Shown: positions 1 through 7,724 of the stretch, piece after piece
How the letters are laid out: the number at the start of each line of letters is the position of its first letter
Numbering within the stretch: position 1 is the first letter of the stretch
DNA from: a virus
Length of the DNA stretch: 64,000 bases
Direction: 5' to 3' (one strand)
IMG/VR virus record: IMGVR_UViG_3300046001_007123
The notes under the pieces: model-generated
Told to the model about the DNA's origin: nothing
Seen by the model: only the letters and a program-made list of their open reading frames with translations
Databases searched by the model: none
Made by a program: the position numbers and the translations under genes

Positions 1-180
1 GAAAGATTTGATGAATACTTAAATAAGTATCCTTCTTCAGTTCGTGATGTTATCAAAAAGAATGGAGAACAAGTTGATAAAAAACGTTTATGTTTATTGG
101 TGTCTTACCATAACCATAATAAAGCAAATAAACTTCTTTTCCGAGTTTTGGAGGAAAGGCTGGCTCAATGGTGGGATTAA
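1..180 (+). CDS. hypothetical protein, C-terminal fragment (5' end outside window)
   Basis: Frame 1 is open from base 1 to TAA at 178-180 (...LFRVLEERLAQWWD*). No recognisable motif. Confidence 0.3.
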   Translation, partial: ERFDEYLNKYPSSVRDVIKKNGEQVDKKRLCLLVSYHNHNKANKLLFRVLEERLAQWWD

Positions 181-270
181 AATTAGAACAAATTCCATTT
201 GATAGTAATTGAAAAAATGATTAAATTTGTATCTCACAAGTAATAACCAATAAATAAAATATGAAGTAGT

Positions 271-489
271 ATGTTTAATAAAATTAAATTAGGAGGGTGG
301 GGAGTCACCATACTAGTTATAATACATCTTTACGTTGTAAACTTATACACTGAGTTTATCTTAAGTAGGGAAGTATCGATCGAATTACAAATTGTGTCGA
401 CATTAGGAGTTTTGGTTAGCACATATTATATGTTTAAACTCATTTACAAATTTATTTATAACAATTTAAAAGAAAAAAAAGATGATTAG
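271..489 (+). CDS. small hydrophobic membrane protein
   Basis: 72-aa ORF with two hydrophobic segments (GVTILVIIHLYVV, VSTLGVLVSTYYMF). It overlaps the start of the SPFH gene, which is the position of an NfeD-like partner. Confidence 0.4.
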   Translation: MFNKIKLGGWGVTILVIIHLYVVNLYTEFILSREVSIELQIVSTLGVLVSTYYMFKLIYKFIYNNLKEKKDD

Positions 490-1435
490 TACATTAATTT
501 TTATTACAGGTTTAATTGCGGCAATCCTCATCGCATTAAAAACACGAGGAAGTATGTTTAAAGTTGAAACAGATCGATGGAATGATACCAGAGAGACATT
601 TCAAGCGAGTTGGTTAATCAAGCCTATTGGTGTTTTCGTTTTAGGTTTAATTTTATCGATGGTTCAACCATTTGCCCTTGAAAAAGTAGATAGTGGATAC
701 AAAGGTTTAAAAGTTAGTTTGGTAGGATCTCAACGTGGTGTTACAAATTACCAATACAAAACAGGGTGGGTAGTTTATAATACTTGGACAGAACAGATGT
801 TAGAGTTCCCAACGTTCCAACAACACATTGAGTATGATGACCAACAAGTAATCACAAAAGGTGGATTCCCTGCAACCATTAAACCAACATTTAACTACTC
901 TTTGAAAGAGGCAAATATTGGGGATATGTTCGTGAATTTACGATTGGATGTGAAACAAGTAGAGCAAGGATGGTTGAAAAACGCAATTATCGGAGCGGTG
1001 AATGACGTGGCAAACACTTGGGAGGTTGATAGTATCTTTGGACACAGACAAGCATTTGAAGCATCTATCGTCGCTGAATGTAACGTTCGATTATCTAAAT
1101 GGTTCAACGTATCACAATTACGTACAAACATCACACCACCTGAAGCATTACAAGAATCAATTATCGCTAAAACAAAGGCGATCCAACAAGCGGAAGCATC
1201 GGAACAACAAGCATTAACTGCGATTGCTGAAGGTAAACGTAAAGTTGCTGTAGCTAGAGCTGACTCTGCGGAATTAATCATTAACGCTTACGCCGCGGCA
1301 CAAGCAATTAAGATTAAACAAAATCAAATTACACCAATGTATATTGAGTATTTGAAAGCACAAGCTTGGGACGGGAAATTGCCAACAACAATGGCAGGTA
1401 ATAGTGGAATGTTTTTAAACTTAAATAAAAAATAA
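482..1435 (+). CDS. SPFH/band-7 (prohibitin/stomatin/HflC-like) membrane protein
   Basis: N-terminal TM helix (ISTLIFITGLIAAILIAL). Band-7-like core. C-terminal Ala/Gln/Glu-rich coiled coil (QQAEASEQQALTAIAEGKRKVAVARADSAELIINAYAAAQAIKIKQ), typical of the HflC/prohibitin family. Confidence 0.8.
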   Translation: MISTLIFITGLIAAILIALKTRGSMFKVETDRWNDTRETFQASWLIKPIGVFVLGLILSMVQPFALEKVDSGYKGLKVSLVGSQRGVTNYQYKTGWVVYNTWTEQMLEFPTFQQHIEYDDQQVITKGGFPATIKPTFNYSLKEANIGDMFVNLRLDVKQVEQGWLKNAIIGAVNDVANTWEVDSIFGHRQAFEASIVAECNVRLSKWFNVSQLRTNITPPEALQESIIAKTKAIQQAEASEQQALTAIAEGKRKVAVARADSAELIINAYAAAQAIKIKQNQITPMYIEYLKAQAWDGKLPTTMAGNSGMFLNLNKK

Positions 1436-1436
1436 T

Positions 1437-1658
1437 ATGCAAACATTAATTTTTAATACAACCTTAAAAACGGTTAAAGTACTAAGTAATTATAGACACA
1501 CAGGAGATGTTGTGGAATCTTTTGATAATGTCCCAACCGTTAAATGTTCTGAGTTAGGTTTTTACGAGGTAATGCAGAAAATGGATACAGAATCCTTAGG
1601 TGTAATCCCCGTGATGAGATTACCAATCTCAAATACAAATATGATTATTGTTAAATAA
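1437..1658 (+). CDS. hypothetical protein
   Basis: 73-aa ORF packed immediately after the SPFH gene and followed by a strong terminator. No motif recognised. Confidence 0.35.
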   Translation: MQTLIFNTTLKTVKVLSNYRHTGDVVESFDNVPTVKCSELGFYEVMQKMDTESLGVIPVMRLPISNTNMIIVK

Positions 1659-1665
1659 TTAAACC

Positions 1666-1696
1666 AACCCCACCCCAATAAGGTGGGGTTTTTTTA
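1666..1696 (+). terminator. rho-independent terminator (CCCCACC-loop-GGTGGGG, then T7)
   Basis: Perfect 7-bp GC stem with a 7-nt loop followed by TTTTTTT. The same motif type recurs at 2143, 57655, 57896 and 58552. Confidence 0.7.
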
Positions 1697-1751
1697 TATG
1701 TTAATTCTCATATAATGGAGAATATATGGTAGTTAACATATATTTATCATT

Positions 1752-2087
1752 ATGAAAAAGATTGTAAAACTTACAGAATCCGATTTAATTAGAATCGTAC
1801 AAAGAGTTATCCAAGAAGGTAAAACAGATAAAGGAGTTAAGGAAAAGGATGTTGACGTTAAACTCGATAGATTTCAAGAAACAATTAAAAACTTTATTAA
1901 ATCACACGATTGTAAAGTAAAACAAGTTGGTAACGATTTTGAAATTCATTGTGATGGAAAACACGTTGGACAAGTTATGTTCCGAAAAGATGGAATAACC
2001 GTTAAAAAGGTTGGTAGTAAATTTGGTAAAGAATTTAAATTTAATGAACTTGGTAAAGTAAAAAGTGAAATAAAAGGATTGATCTAA
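1752..2087 (+). CDS. member of the N-terminal-module family (variant 1: MKKIVKLTESDLIRIVQRVIQE)
   Basis: 111-aa ORF with its own TATATTTAT box abutting the ATG and its own terminator. The N-terminus matches at least 15 other genes in the window. Confidence 0.6.
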   Translation: MKKIVKLTESDLIRIVQRVIQEGKTDKGVKEKDVDVKLDRFQETIKNFIKSHDCKVKQVGNDFEIHCDGKHVGQVMFRKDGITVKKVGSKFGKEFKFNELGKVKSEIKGLI

Positions 2088-2137
2088 TGAAAATTATCAA
2101 ACTAACCGAATCTGATTTAACCAATATTATATAATAT
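2087..2137 (+). pseudogene. 16-aa remnant of a family-1 gene (MKIIKLTESDLTNII*)
   Basis: Starts on the ATG overlapping the stop of 1752..2087. It encodes only the conserved N-terminal module and then stops. The terminator follows immediately. Confidence 0.5.
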
Positions 2138-2142
2138 TAATA

Positions 2143-2170
2143 CCCACCCCAATAAGGTGGGTTTTTTATT
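2143..2170 (+). terminator. rho-independent terminator (ACCCACC-loop-GGTGGGT, then T6)
   Basis: GC stem-loop with a T-run. Same sequence type as 1666..1696. Confidence 0.7.
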
Positions 2171-2175
2171 TAAAA

Positions 2176-2730
2176 ATGTTTTATTATATTTGTGATATGA
2201 GTAAGATAGATTGGATTTTAGAACAACACAAAAGTACGAATCATCAATATGATACGTATCTTCCGTATGAATTTCACTTGAGAATGGTTTCAAATGTTGC
2301 ACAGGAATTTATTAATTTTGTGCCGGATAGAAATGATGGGGAAACTTCATTTAGAGGATCAGTACTTATTGCAACTTGGGGTCACGACCTAATTGAGGAC
2401 ACTCGTGTTTCATACAATGATGTGAAGAATCATTTGGGTCAAGATGCTGCCGACATCATTTACGCAGTTACCAACGAGAAAGGTAAGAACCGTAAAGAAC
2501 GAGCAAACGACAAATACTACGAAGGTATTAGAAATACGCCAGGTGCGGTGTTCGTTAAGTTGTGTGATCGTATTGCGAACGTACAATACTCAAAGATGAC
2601 AGGTAGTCGTATGTTTGAGATGTATAAGAAAGAAAGTGATAACTTCTTGACTAGCTTAGGTTTTGTTGAAGGGCAAGCACATCCCCTTGGTGAAATGTGT
2701 AATTATTTAGAAAACTTATTTAATGATTGA
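2176..2730 (+). CDS. HD-domain (p)ppGpp-hydrolase-like protein (small alarmone hydrolase, RelA/SpoT/Mesh1-type HD)
   Basis: H...HD..ED...D signature: FHLRMV, ATWGHDLIEDT, YAVTNEKG, VKLCDRIANVQY. These match the SpoT/Mesh1 hydrolase motifs AALLHDVIEDT and VKLADRLHNMRT. Confidence 0.7.
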   Translation: MFYYICDMSKIDWILEQHKSTNHQYDTYLPYEFHLRMVSNVAQEFINFVPDRNDGETSFRGSVLIATWGHDLIEDTRVSYNDVKNHLGQDAADIIYAVTNEKGKNRKERANDKYYEGIRNTPGAVFVKLCDRIANVQYSKMTGSRMFEMYKKESDNFLTSLGFVEGQAHPLGEMCNYLENLFND

Positions 2731-2951
2731 TTATGGAAAATAGAAGTAGACATTACGGAGACGTTGTAAAATGGATTGAAAAGGTAATTGATTCTTGTGA
2801 GACATATCAACAAACATTAGCAGCTAAAATGTTAATAGTTAATTTTGGTAAACAAATGTCTCGTAACAAAGTTGATACTAGATTAATGTGGGGTATAAGA
2901 TCTTCATTGGATCTTACATTAACTATTAAACGTGATAAATTGATAAATTGA
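2727..2951 (+). CDS. hypothetical protein
   Basis: 74-aa ORF with ATGA overlap with the upstream gene. Confidence 0.35.
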   Translation: MIMENRSRHYGDVVKWIEKVIDSCETYQQTLAAKMLIVNFGKQMSRNKVDTRLMWGIRSSLDLTLTIKRDKLIN

Positions 2952-2964
2952 TAAAACTTGCGGA

Positions 2965-3216
2965 ATGAATGGTAAACTAGTAAAATCACTTGGTGAATGG
3001 TTTGTTAAGTATGATAATGACGGACATATTGTACTTTACCCATTGTGCCCACAAACTTTAGTGTGGGCGAATAATCCATTGACCCAAAAGTTTATAAAAG
3101 AAGACATTGAGGTGGTTTTTTCTTTAATAGTTAAGGGTGAGTATTGTGAAACAAAAGAAATGTTGTTAAAAAACTATCAGGCAAAAATCACCTCCGTTGA
3201 TCACGAAACAATATAA
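2965..3216 (+). CDS. hypothetical protein
   Basis: 83-aa ORF in a same-strand array. Confidence 0.4.
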   Translation: MNGKLVKSLGEWFVKYDNDGHIVLYPLCPQTLVWANNPLTQKFIKEDIEVVFSLIVKGEYCETKEMLLKNYQAKITSVDHETI

Positions 3217-3219
3217 AGA

Positions 3220-3660
3220 ATGATTGATTTATCAAAATACAAGATTATAAAATACGCATACCCCTTTTCTTCAGATGAATTAGGAGTAATGATATGGGAT
3301 AAAATGAATGATCAAGAATCCAAATGGGCGATTCAGTTAACCTTGAAAGGTGTTAATGACACTGGTGGAACAGACACTGATTCTTGGGATTGTTTTTTTC
3401 TTGATGATAAGTTAAAAAATAAAATCGATGAGGTATTAGTTAAATACAATGTTCCGTTTGAGGTGGAAGATGAAACTCACTTACTTTTAGAAAATATTGA
3501 TTTATTACCTATTACGCTGATTGAAAAGTTAGATAAATATTTAGTTGAAAATTTAAGTATTGACGATGTGTTGGATAGAATATCGGAAGTTGGACTTCCT
3601 AACATAACAACCTTTGAGAGATACTTTTTAGATAAACACAAAGATGACGAACAAGATTGA
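3220..3660 (+). CDS. hypothetical acidic protein
   Basis: 146-aa ORF with an Asp/Glu-rich C-terminus. Confidence 0.4.
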   Translation: MIDLSKYKIIKYAYPFSSDELGVMIWDKMNDQESKWAIQLTLKGVNDTGGTDTDSWDCFFLDDKLKNKIDEVLVKYNVPFEVEDETHLLLENIDLLPITLIEKLDKYLVENLSIDDVLDRISEVGLPNITTFERYFLDKHKDDEQD

Positions 3661-4252
3661 TAATATAGAACAAATAAAAAAATTACTCAACTTCGAAAAT
3701 AAGGGTGACTTTTATATGCTTTACGTTCTTAAACGTAAGAAGGACCAACCTGAGGGGGAAAGAGATAATCACCAGTCAGTTAGAACAATTAAATCATATT
3801 GTATTGAGTCCATTGAACATTTGGATCGTAGATACGATGAGATTAAACAACTTTGTGAGATGTTTAAGGCTCGTGCTTATATCCACGTCCAAAAACAAAA
3901 TCATACGGACGTGTCATTGAATATGATGGTTGATCTTGCTAAAAGAATACAAGACGGTAATCATAAACAACAAGGTTTATTTGATTCTGTTGTGGGACAA
4001 GTTAAAACACAAGAGAAACGCTGGATTGTCGATATCGATACGACCGATTATCACGCTGTTACTGAAGTGACACAATTTATAACCAGCCTCAGACCTGAAG
4101 GTCCAAAGGTTGAAATGGTAATCCCAACTAAAAATGGATACCATTTAATAACTGCTAGATTTGATGTTAAAACCTTTTCTGAAAAATATCCGGAAATTAG
4201 TATTCAAAAAAAGAATCCGACACTACTTTATTTACCAAACGTTCTTTCGTGA
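3644..4252 (+). CDS. hypothetical protein
   Basis: 202-aa ORF. No motif recognised. Confidence 0.45.
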   Translation: MTNKIDNIEQIKKLLNFENKGDFYMLYVLKRKKDQPEGERDNHQSVRTIKSYCIESIEHLDRRYDEIKQLCEMFKARAYIHVQKQNHTDVSLNMMVDLAKRIQDGNHKQQGLFDSVVGQVKTQEKRWIVDIDTTDYHAVTEVTQFITSLRPEGPKVEMVIPTKNGYHLITARFDVKTFSEKYPEISIQKKNPTLLYLPNVLS

Positions 4253-4977
4253 TATTTATGGGTATGATAGGAATATACAAAATTACCAACCCAAAAAATA
4301 AAGTCTATATTGGACAAAGTGTTAATATTGAAGAAAGGTTTAAAAAATATATTAAATTAAATTGCCCATCTCAAACAAAATTACTGAATTCACTAAAAAA
4401 ATATGGTATTGATAGTCACAAATTTGAAATTATTGAAGAATGTTTGTTGGAAAACTTGAATGATCGAGAGAGGTATTGGCAAGATTACTATAACGTTTTA
4501 GAGGAAGGGTTGAATTTAATAAAAACCAAAACAGACACTAAAAGTGGTTATTTATCTGAAGAAACTAAAAATAAAATAAAAACATCCATGTTAGGTAAAA
4601 AAATACATAGTGATGAGTACAAGGAAAAGTTAAGACAAAGAATGTTAACAAACAACCCAAACAATATTGAGGGGGTTAGGGAAAAAATAATAAAGAATAA
4701 AACAGGAAAAAAACAACCTAAAATTTCTGAATCTAAAAAAGGTAAAAAACGTCCAGATATTTCTGGTGAAAAAAGTTTTTTTTACAAAAATAGACCCGCA
4801 AATGCTGGAACACCAAAAAAGGAAATTATACAAATTGACAAATTAACTAATGAGATTATCCAAATTTTTCCAAGTATAAGCGAGGCAATGAGAAAAACAA
4901 ATATAAAAGGAATTAAAGATTGCCTATCAAATAGACAAAAAACATCTGGAGGTTTTATTTGGAAATATCTAAATTAA
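4249..4977 (+). CDS. GIY-YIG homing endonuclease (I-TevI/Seg-like)
   Basis: GIYKITNPKNKVYIGQS...ERFKKY forms the GIY-YIG motif. Three NUMOD3-like basic repeats follow (TKNKIKTSMLGKK, REKIIKNKTGKKQ, SESKKGKKRPD). The C-terminal IQIFPSISEAMRKTNIKGIKDCLSNRQKTSGGFIWKY is an IENR1/NUMOD1-like HTH. Confidence 0.85.
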   Translation: MIFMGMIGIYKITNPKNKVYIGQSVNIEERFKKYIKLNCPSQTKLLNSLKKYGIDSHKFEIIEECLLENLNDRERYWQDYYNVLEEGLNLIKTKTDTKSGYLSEETKNKIKTSMLGKKIHSDEYKEKLRQRMLTNNPNNIEGVREKIIKNKTGKKQPKISESKKGKKRPDISGEKSFFYKNRPANAGTPKKEIIQIDKLTNEIIQIFPSISEAMRKTNIKGIKDCLSNRQKTSGGFIWKYLN

Positions 4978-4984
4978 TAATATA

Positions 4985-5350
4985 ATGAAAATCAACAGAC
5001 AAGAAGTTTATGATAAGTGTTCAGGTCATTGCGCTTATTGTGGAATTGAAATAACATTCAAACAGATGCAAGTGGATCACATAAAACCATTATATCGTAA
5101 TGATAAAGTTGAGACACTTGAGGCTTGGGGTGTTGAACGAGGAACAGATGAGATGGACAATTTAAATCCATCCTGTTCTCGTTGTAATAAATGGAAATCA
5201 ACATTCAGTTTAGAGATGTTTAGAACCATAGTCGAAAACTCTATCGATAGAATGGAGAGAGATACTCCTAATTTCAGATTAGCTCGTGATTACGGACTTA
5301 TTGAAGTCAAACAAAATCCTGTGGTTTTTTACTTTGAACGAAAGAATTAG
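4985..5350 (+). CDS. HNH homing endonuclease
   Basis: CSGHCAYCG ... DHIKP ... N ... CSRCNKWK: two Cys pairs flanking the His-Asn-His core. Confidence 0.8.
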   Translation: MKINRQEVYDKCSGHCAYCGIEITFKQMQVDHIKPLYRNDKVETLEAWGVERGTDEMDNLNPSCSRCNKWKSTFSLEMFRTIVENSIDRMERDTPNFRLARDYGLIEVKQNPVVFYFERKN

Positions 5351-5384
5351 AATAAATACCGGTTGTCTGATTTTAAATTTATTA

Positions 5385-5397
5385 ATATATTTGTATT
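5385..5397 (+). promoter_or_regulatory. TAnnTTTG-type box abutting the start codon (ATATATTTGTATT-ATGGAAAA)
   Basis: TATATTTG matches the Bacteroidota sigma-A -7 consensus and ends 5 nt before the ATG. A near-identical string occurs before ATG 49907 and before the minus-strand ATG at 49752. Confidence 0.4.
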
Positions 5398-5715
5398 ATG
5401 GAAAAAGTTATTATAGAAAAAGATGCGGTTCGCAAATGCGTAATCTTGGAAAAAGACGGTGAGTTTGTATTTCGTTCAGGGCCAGGAGAGTTCCACGAAG
5501 ATGTTGCAAATAGATTCAGAGGAATTGATCCAGAACTAAAGGAATGGAGAATTCGTGGTGGTGGTAGAGTTAGATGGTCTGATCTTGGTATTAGAGTTTA
5601 CGGTTATTCGGTTGACTACGGTCGTATGGATAAAGATGTTGTTGAACAACTGGTATCAGAGTTTGCAAATGAAAATGGTATTGAATTTATAAATGAAACA
5701 GGAGAGGGTTATTAA
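5398..5715 (+). CDS. hypothetical protein
   Basis: 105-aa ORF. Confidence 0.4.
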   Translation: MEKVIIEKDAVRKCVILEKDGEFVFRSGPGEFHEDVANRFRGIDPELKEWRIRGGGRVRWSDLGIRVYGYSVDYGRMDKDVVEQLVSEFANENGIEFINETGEGY

Positions 5716-5716
5716 A

Positions 5717-6004
5717 ATGAGAAAGTTAGTATTTTTAATGGGATTATTCCTATTGGTGTCTTGTGAAAGAGAAATTGAAGTAACCGTCGAAAAAACAACT
5801 GAGGTGGAAGATATTGGTGGTCTTGAGTTTGAATATACCGATATGGATGTGTACCACATTCAAGAAATTGATGGGTGTGAATACATTTTAGTTAATGGAA
5901 TGGATAATCGTGAACCGGCATTAACACACAAAGGGAATTGTAAATATTGTTTGGAACGAAACAAACAAAGGGTAATTGAGGTTAATGAAAAAGAAGAATA
6001 TTAA
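5717..6004 (+). CDS. putative lipoprotein
   Basis: Signal peptide with lipobox: MRKLVFLMGLFLLVSC. Confidence 0.5.
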   Translation: MRKLVFLMGLFLLVSCEREIEVTVEKTTEVEDIGGLEFEYTDMDVYHIQEIDGCEYILVNGMDNREPALTHKGNCKYCLERNKQRVIEVNEKEEY

Positions 6005-6005
6005 T

Positions 6006-6437
6006 ATGAAAAATTTATTATTTATTACCTTAATGGTATTTGGATTGTTTTCTTGTGATATGCCTGTCAAAAAAAGAGGTAGAACGGAAAATATCTATTT
6101 ACGACAATTAGTTAAAACGGATGAGGTAACGAAAGAGGGTTCCGCTAGTTATTTTTTAGTGATGGGATCGGCGTCTTATAGTGAGGAAGTTACCACTAAA
6201 ATTAAATTGATGGGTAAAGTGAATGGGTTCTATCGTCTTATTGAGTTTGATTTTAAAGATGCGAGAATTAAAATTGATAACACAATTAATAAACCATACC
6301 TTTATATAACTTATCGAGATTATTATAATCGTAGTACAAACCAATTACTTGGTAGTGAGTGGTATTTAGTTACCTCATTCGTTATTGTATGTCCTGAGAA
6401 ATATCTACCCGAAAAATTATTACCAATAAGTTTATGA
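6006..6437 (+). CDS. putative lipoprotein
   Basis: MKNLLFITLMVFGLFSC signal peptide plus lipobox. Confidence 0.5.
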   Translation: MKNLLFITLMVFGLFSCDMPVKKRGRTENIYLRQLVKTDEVTKEGSASYFLVMGSASYSEEVTTKIKLMGKVNGFYRLIEFDFKDARIKIDNTINKPYLYITYRDYYNRSTNQLLGSEWYLVTSFVIVCPEKYLPEKLLPISL

Positions 6438-6458
6438 AACCTATAGAAGAATATTAAA

Positions 6459-7721
6459 ATGATTAACCCAACAGGAAATAAATTAGAAAAAATTTTATTC
6501 GAGATCTTCGATAAATCTATCGAAAACGCCGATATATATAACCATAACAAAAGTTTATGGTTAATCTTTACCAATGATATGAAGTGGGTTGTTGAATACA
6601 CGGACACACAAACTCTGTGGTATAACTACCAATTCTTTAAGAATGAAATGGAACTTGTTGGTTTAGATTGTGTTACAAACAAAGACCTTATCCAAAAGTG
6701 GTTTGAAACAAGATTCCTTAAACCTAAGGTTGAAAAAACCATCCAGGATGGGGTAAAACACACCTTTTATCCAAATCGTGGTCAATGGGAAGGTGTTGAA
6801 GACACTATTCAAAATTGGGTGAAACACACCCATTTTTCTTTAAACCTATTAGACCCATCGTATCGTGTTGAAGACGCCATTAAAAATGGGGTGAAGAACA
6901 CCGGAAGAAATTATCACTATACGAGAACAGTTGAAGATACCATTCAAAATGGGGTGAAACACACCCATTTTTCTTTCAAAAAGGTCAACACAATAATTGA
7001 AGACACTATTCAAAATGGGGTGAAACACACCATACAACACGATCAAGATGTCCTTTTGTTGGTTGAAGATACCATTCAAAATGGTGTGAAACAAACTAAA
7101 GGTACTCTACGACATCCGGCATTCGTTGAAGATGCGGTTCAAAATGGAGTTATACATACGCAAGAAATTGATTGGAACCGTGATATCGGACTGGTTAAAG
7201 ACACCATTAAAAATGGGGTGAAAGACACCCAACGTGCTTTTGGTGAAAACAAATTACAAGTTGAAGACACCATTCAAAATGGGGTAAAGCACACATCATT
7301 AAAGCGTTTAGATCCATCGTATCGTGTTGAAGACGCCATTAAAAATGGTGTTAAAGAAGTGAAAGAAGTAAGTGAACTTAGTTTAGTAAGTGAAATATTT
7401 AAGGTTAATAGTAAAAGGGTAATTCAAAATGGGGTGAAGGAGACCACAACCAACAGATACCATCGTCGTAAGGAAGTTGAAGATACCATTGAAAATGGGG
7501 TGAAAAAAACTTCAGATAGACCTTTGGGGATAGAACTTGAGTGCATTAACGACATTATCCAAAATGGAGTGAAGTCCGTCTGTTTTGCTTATAATTGTGG
7601 CGATAATAGTGTTGAGGATATTATTGAAAATGGGGTGAAGTACGTTGATTTTGCTTTTGATCTTGGTTATTATGGTGATACTACGGTTGAGGATATTATT
7701 GAAAATGGTGAAAAAATATAG
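6459..7721 (+). CDS. tandem-repeat protein A (about 15 copies of [VI]EDTIQNGVK[HDE]T with 3-8-aa linkers)
   Basis: 90-aa N-terminal domain followed by imperfect tandem repeats. The DNA period is 48-57 nt. Confidence 0.6.
   Translation: MINPTGNKLEKILFEIFDKSIENADIYNHNKSLWLIFTNDMKWVVEYTDTQTLWYNYQFFKNEMELVGLDCVTNKDLIQKWFETRFLKPKVEKTIQDGVKHTFYPNRGQWEGVEDTIQNWVKHTHFSLNLLDPSYRVEDAIKNGVKNTGRNYHYTRTVEDTIQNGVKHTHFSFKKVNTIIEDTIQNGVKHTIQHDQDVLLLVEDTIQNGVKQTKGTLRHPAFVEDAVQNGVIHTQEIDWNRDIGLVKDTIKNGVKDTQRAFGENKLQVEDTIQNGVKHTSLKRLDPSYRVEDAIKNGVKEVKEVSELSLVSEIFKVNSKRVIQNGVKETTTNRYHRRKEVEDTIENGVKKTSDRPLGIELECINDIIQNGVKSVCFAYNCGDNSVEDIIENGVKYVDFAFDLGYYGDTTVEDIIENGEKI
6720..7718 (+). repeat. in-frame tandem coding repeats (unit about GTTGAAGATACCATTCAAAATGGGGTGAAACACACC)
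   Basis: The repeat unit is directly visible in the DNA. Third positions vary between copies. Confidence 0.7.
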
Positions 7722-7724
7722 AAG

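Noticed and set aside
895-1281. Antisense ORF inside the SPFH gene. Similar shadow ORFs appear at 6849..7094, 8223..8588, 19227..20033, 25369..25731, 30894..31121, 35600..35863, 36131..36361, 55021..55329 and 55891..56130
   Set aside because: They are fully contained in better-supported sense genes and have Cys/Ser-rich or repeat-shadow composition with no start context.
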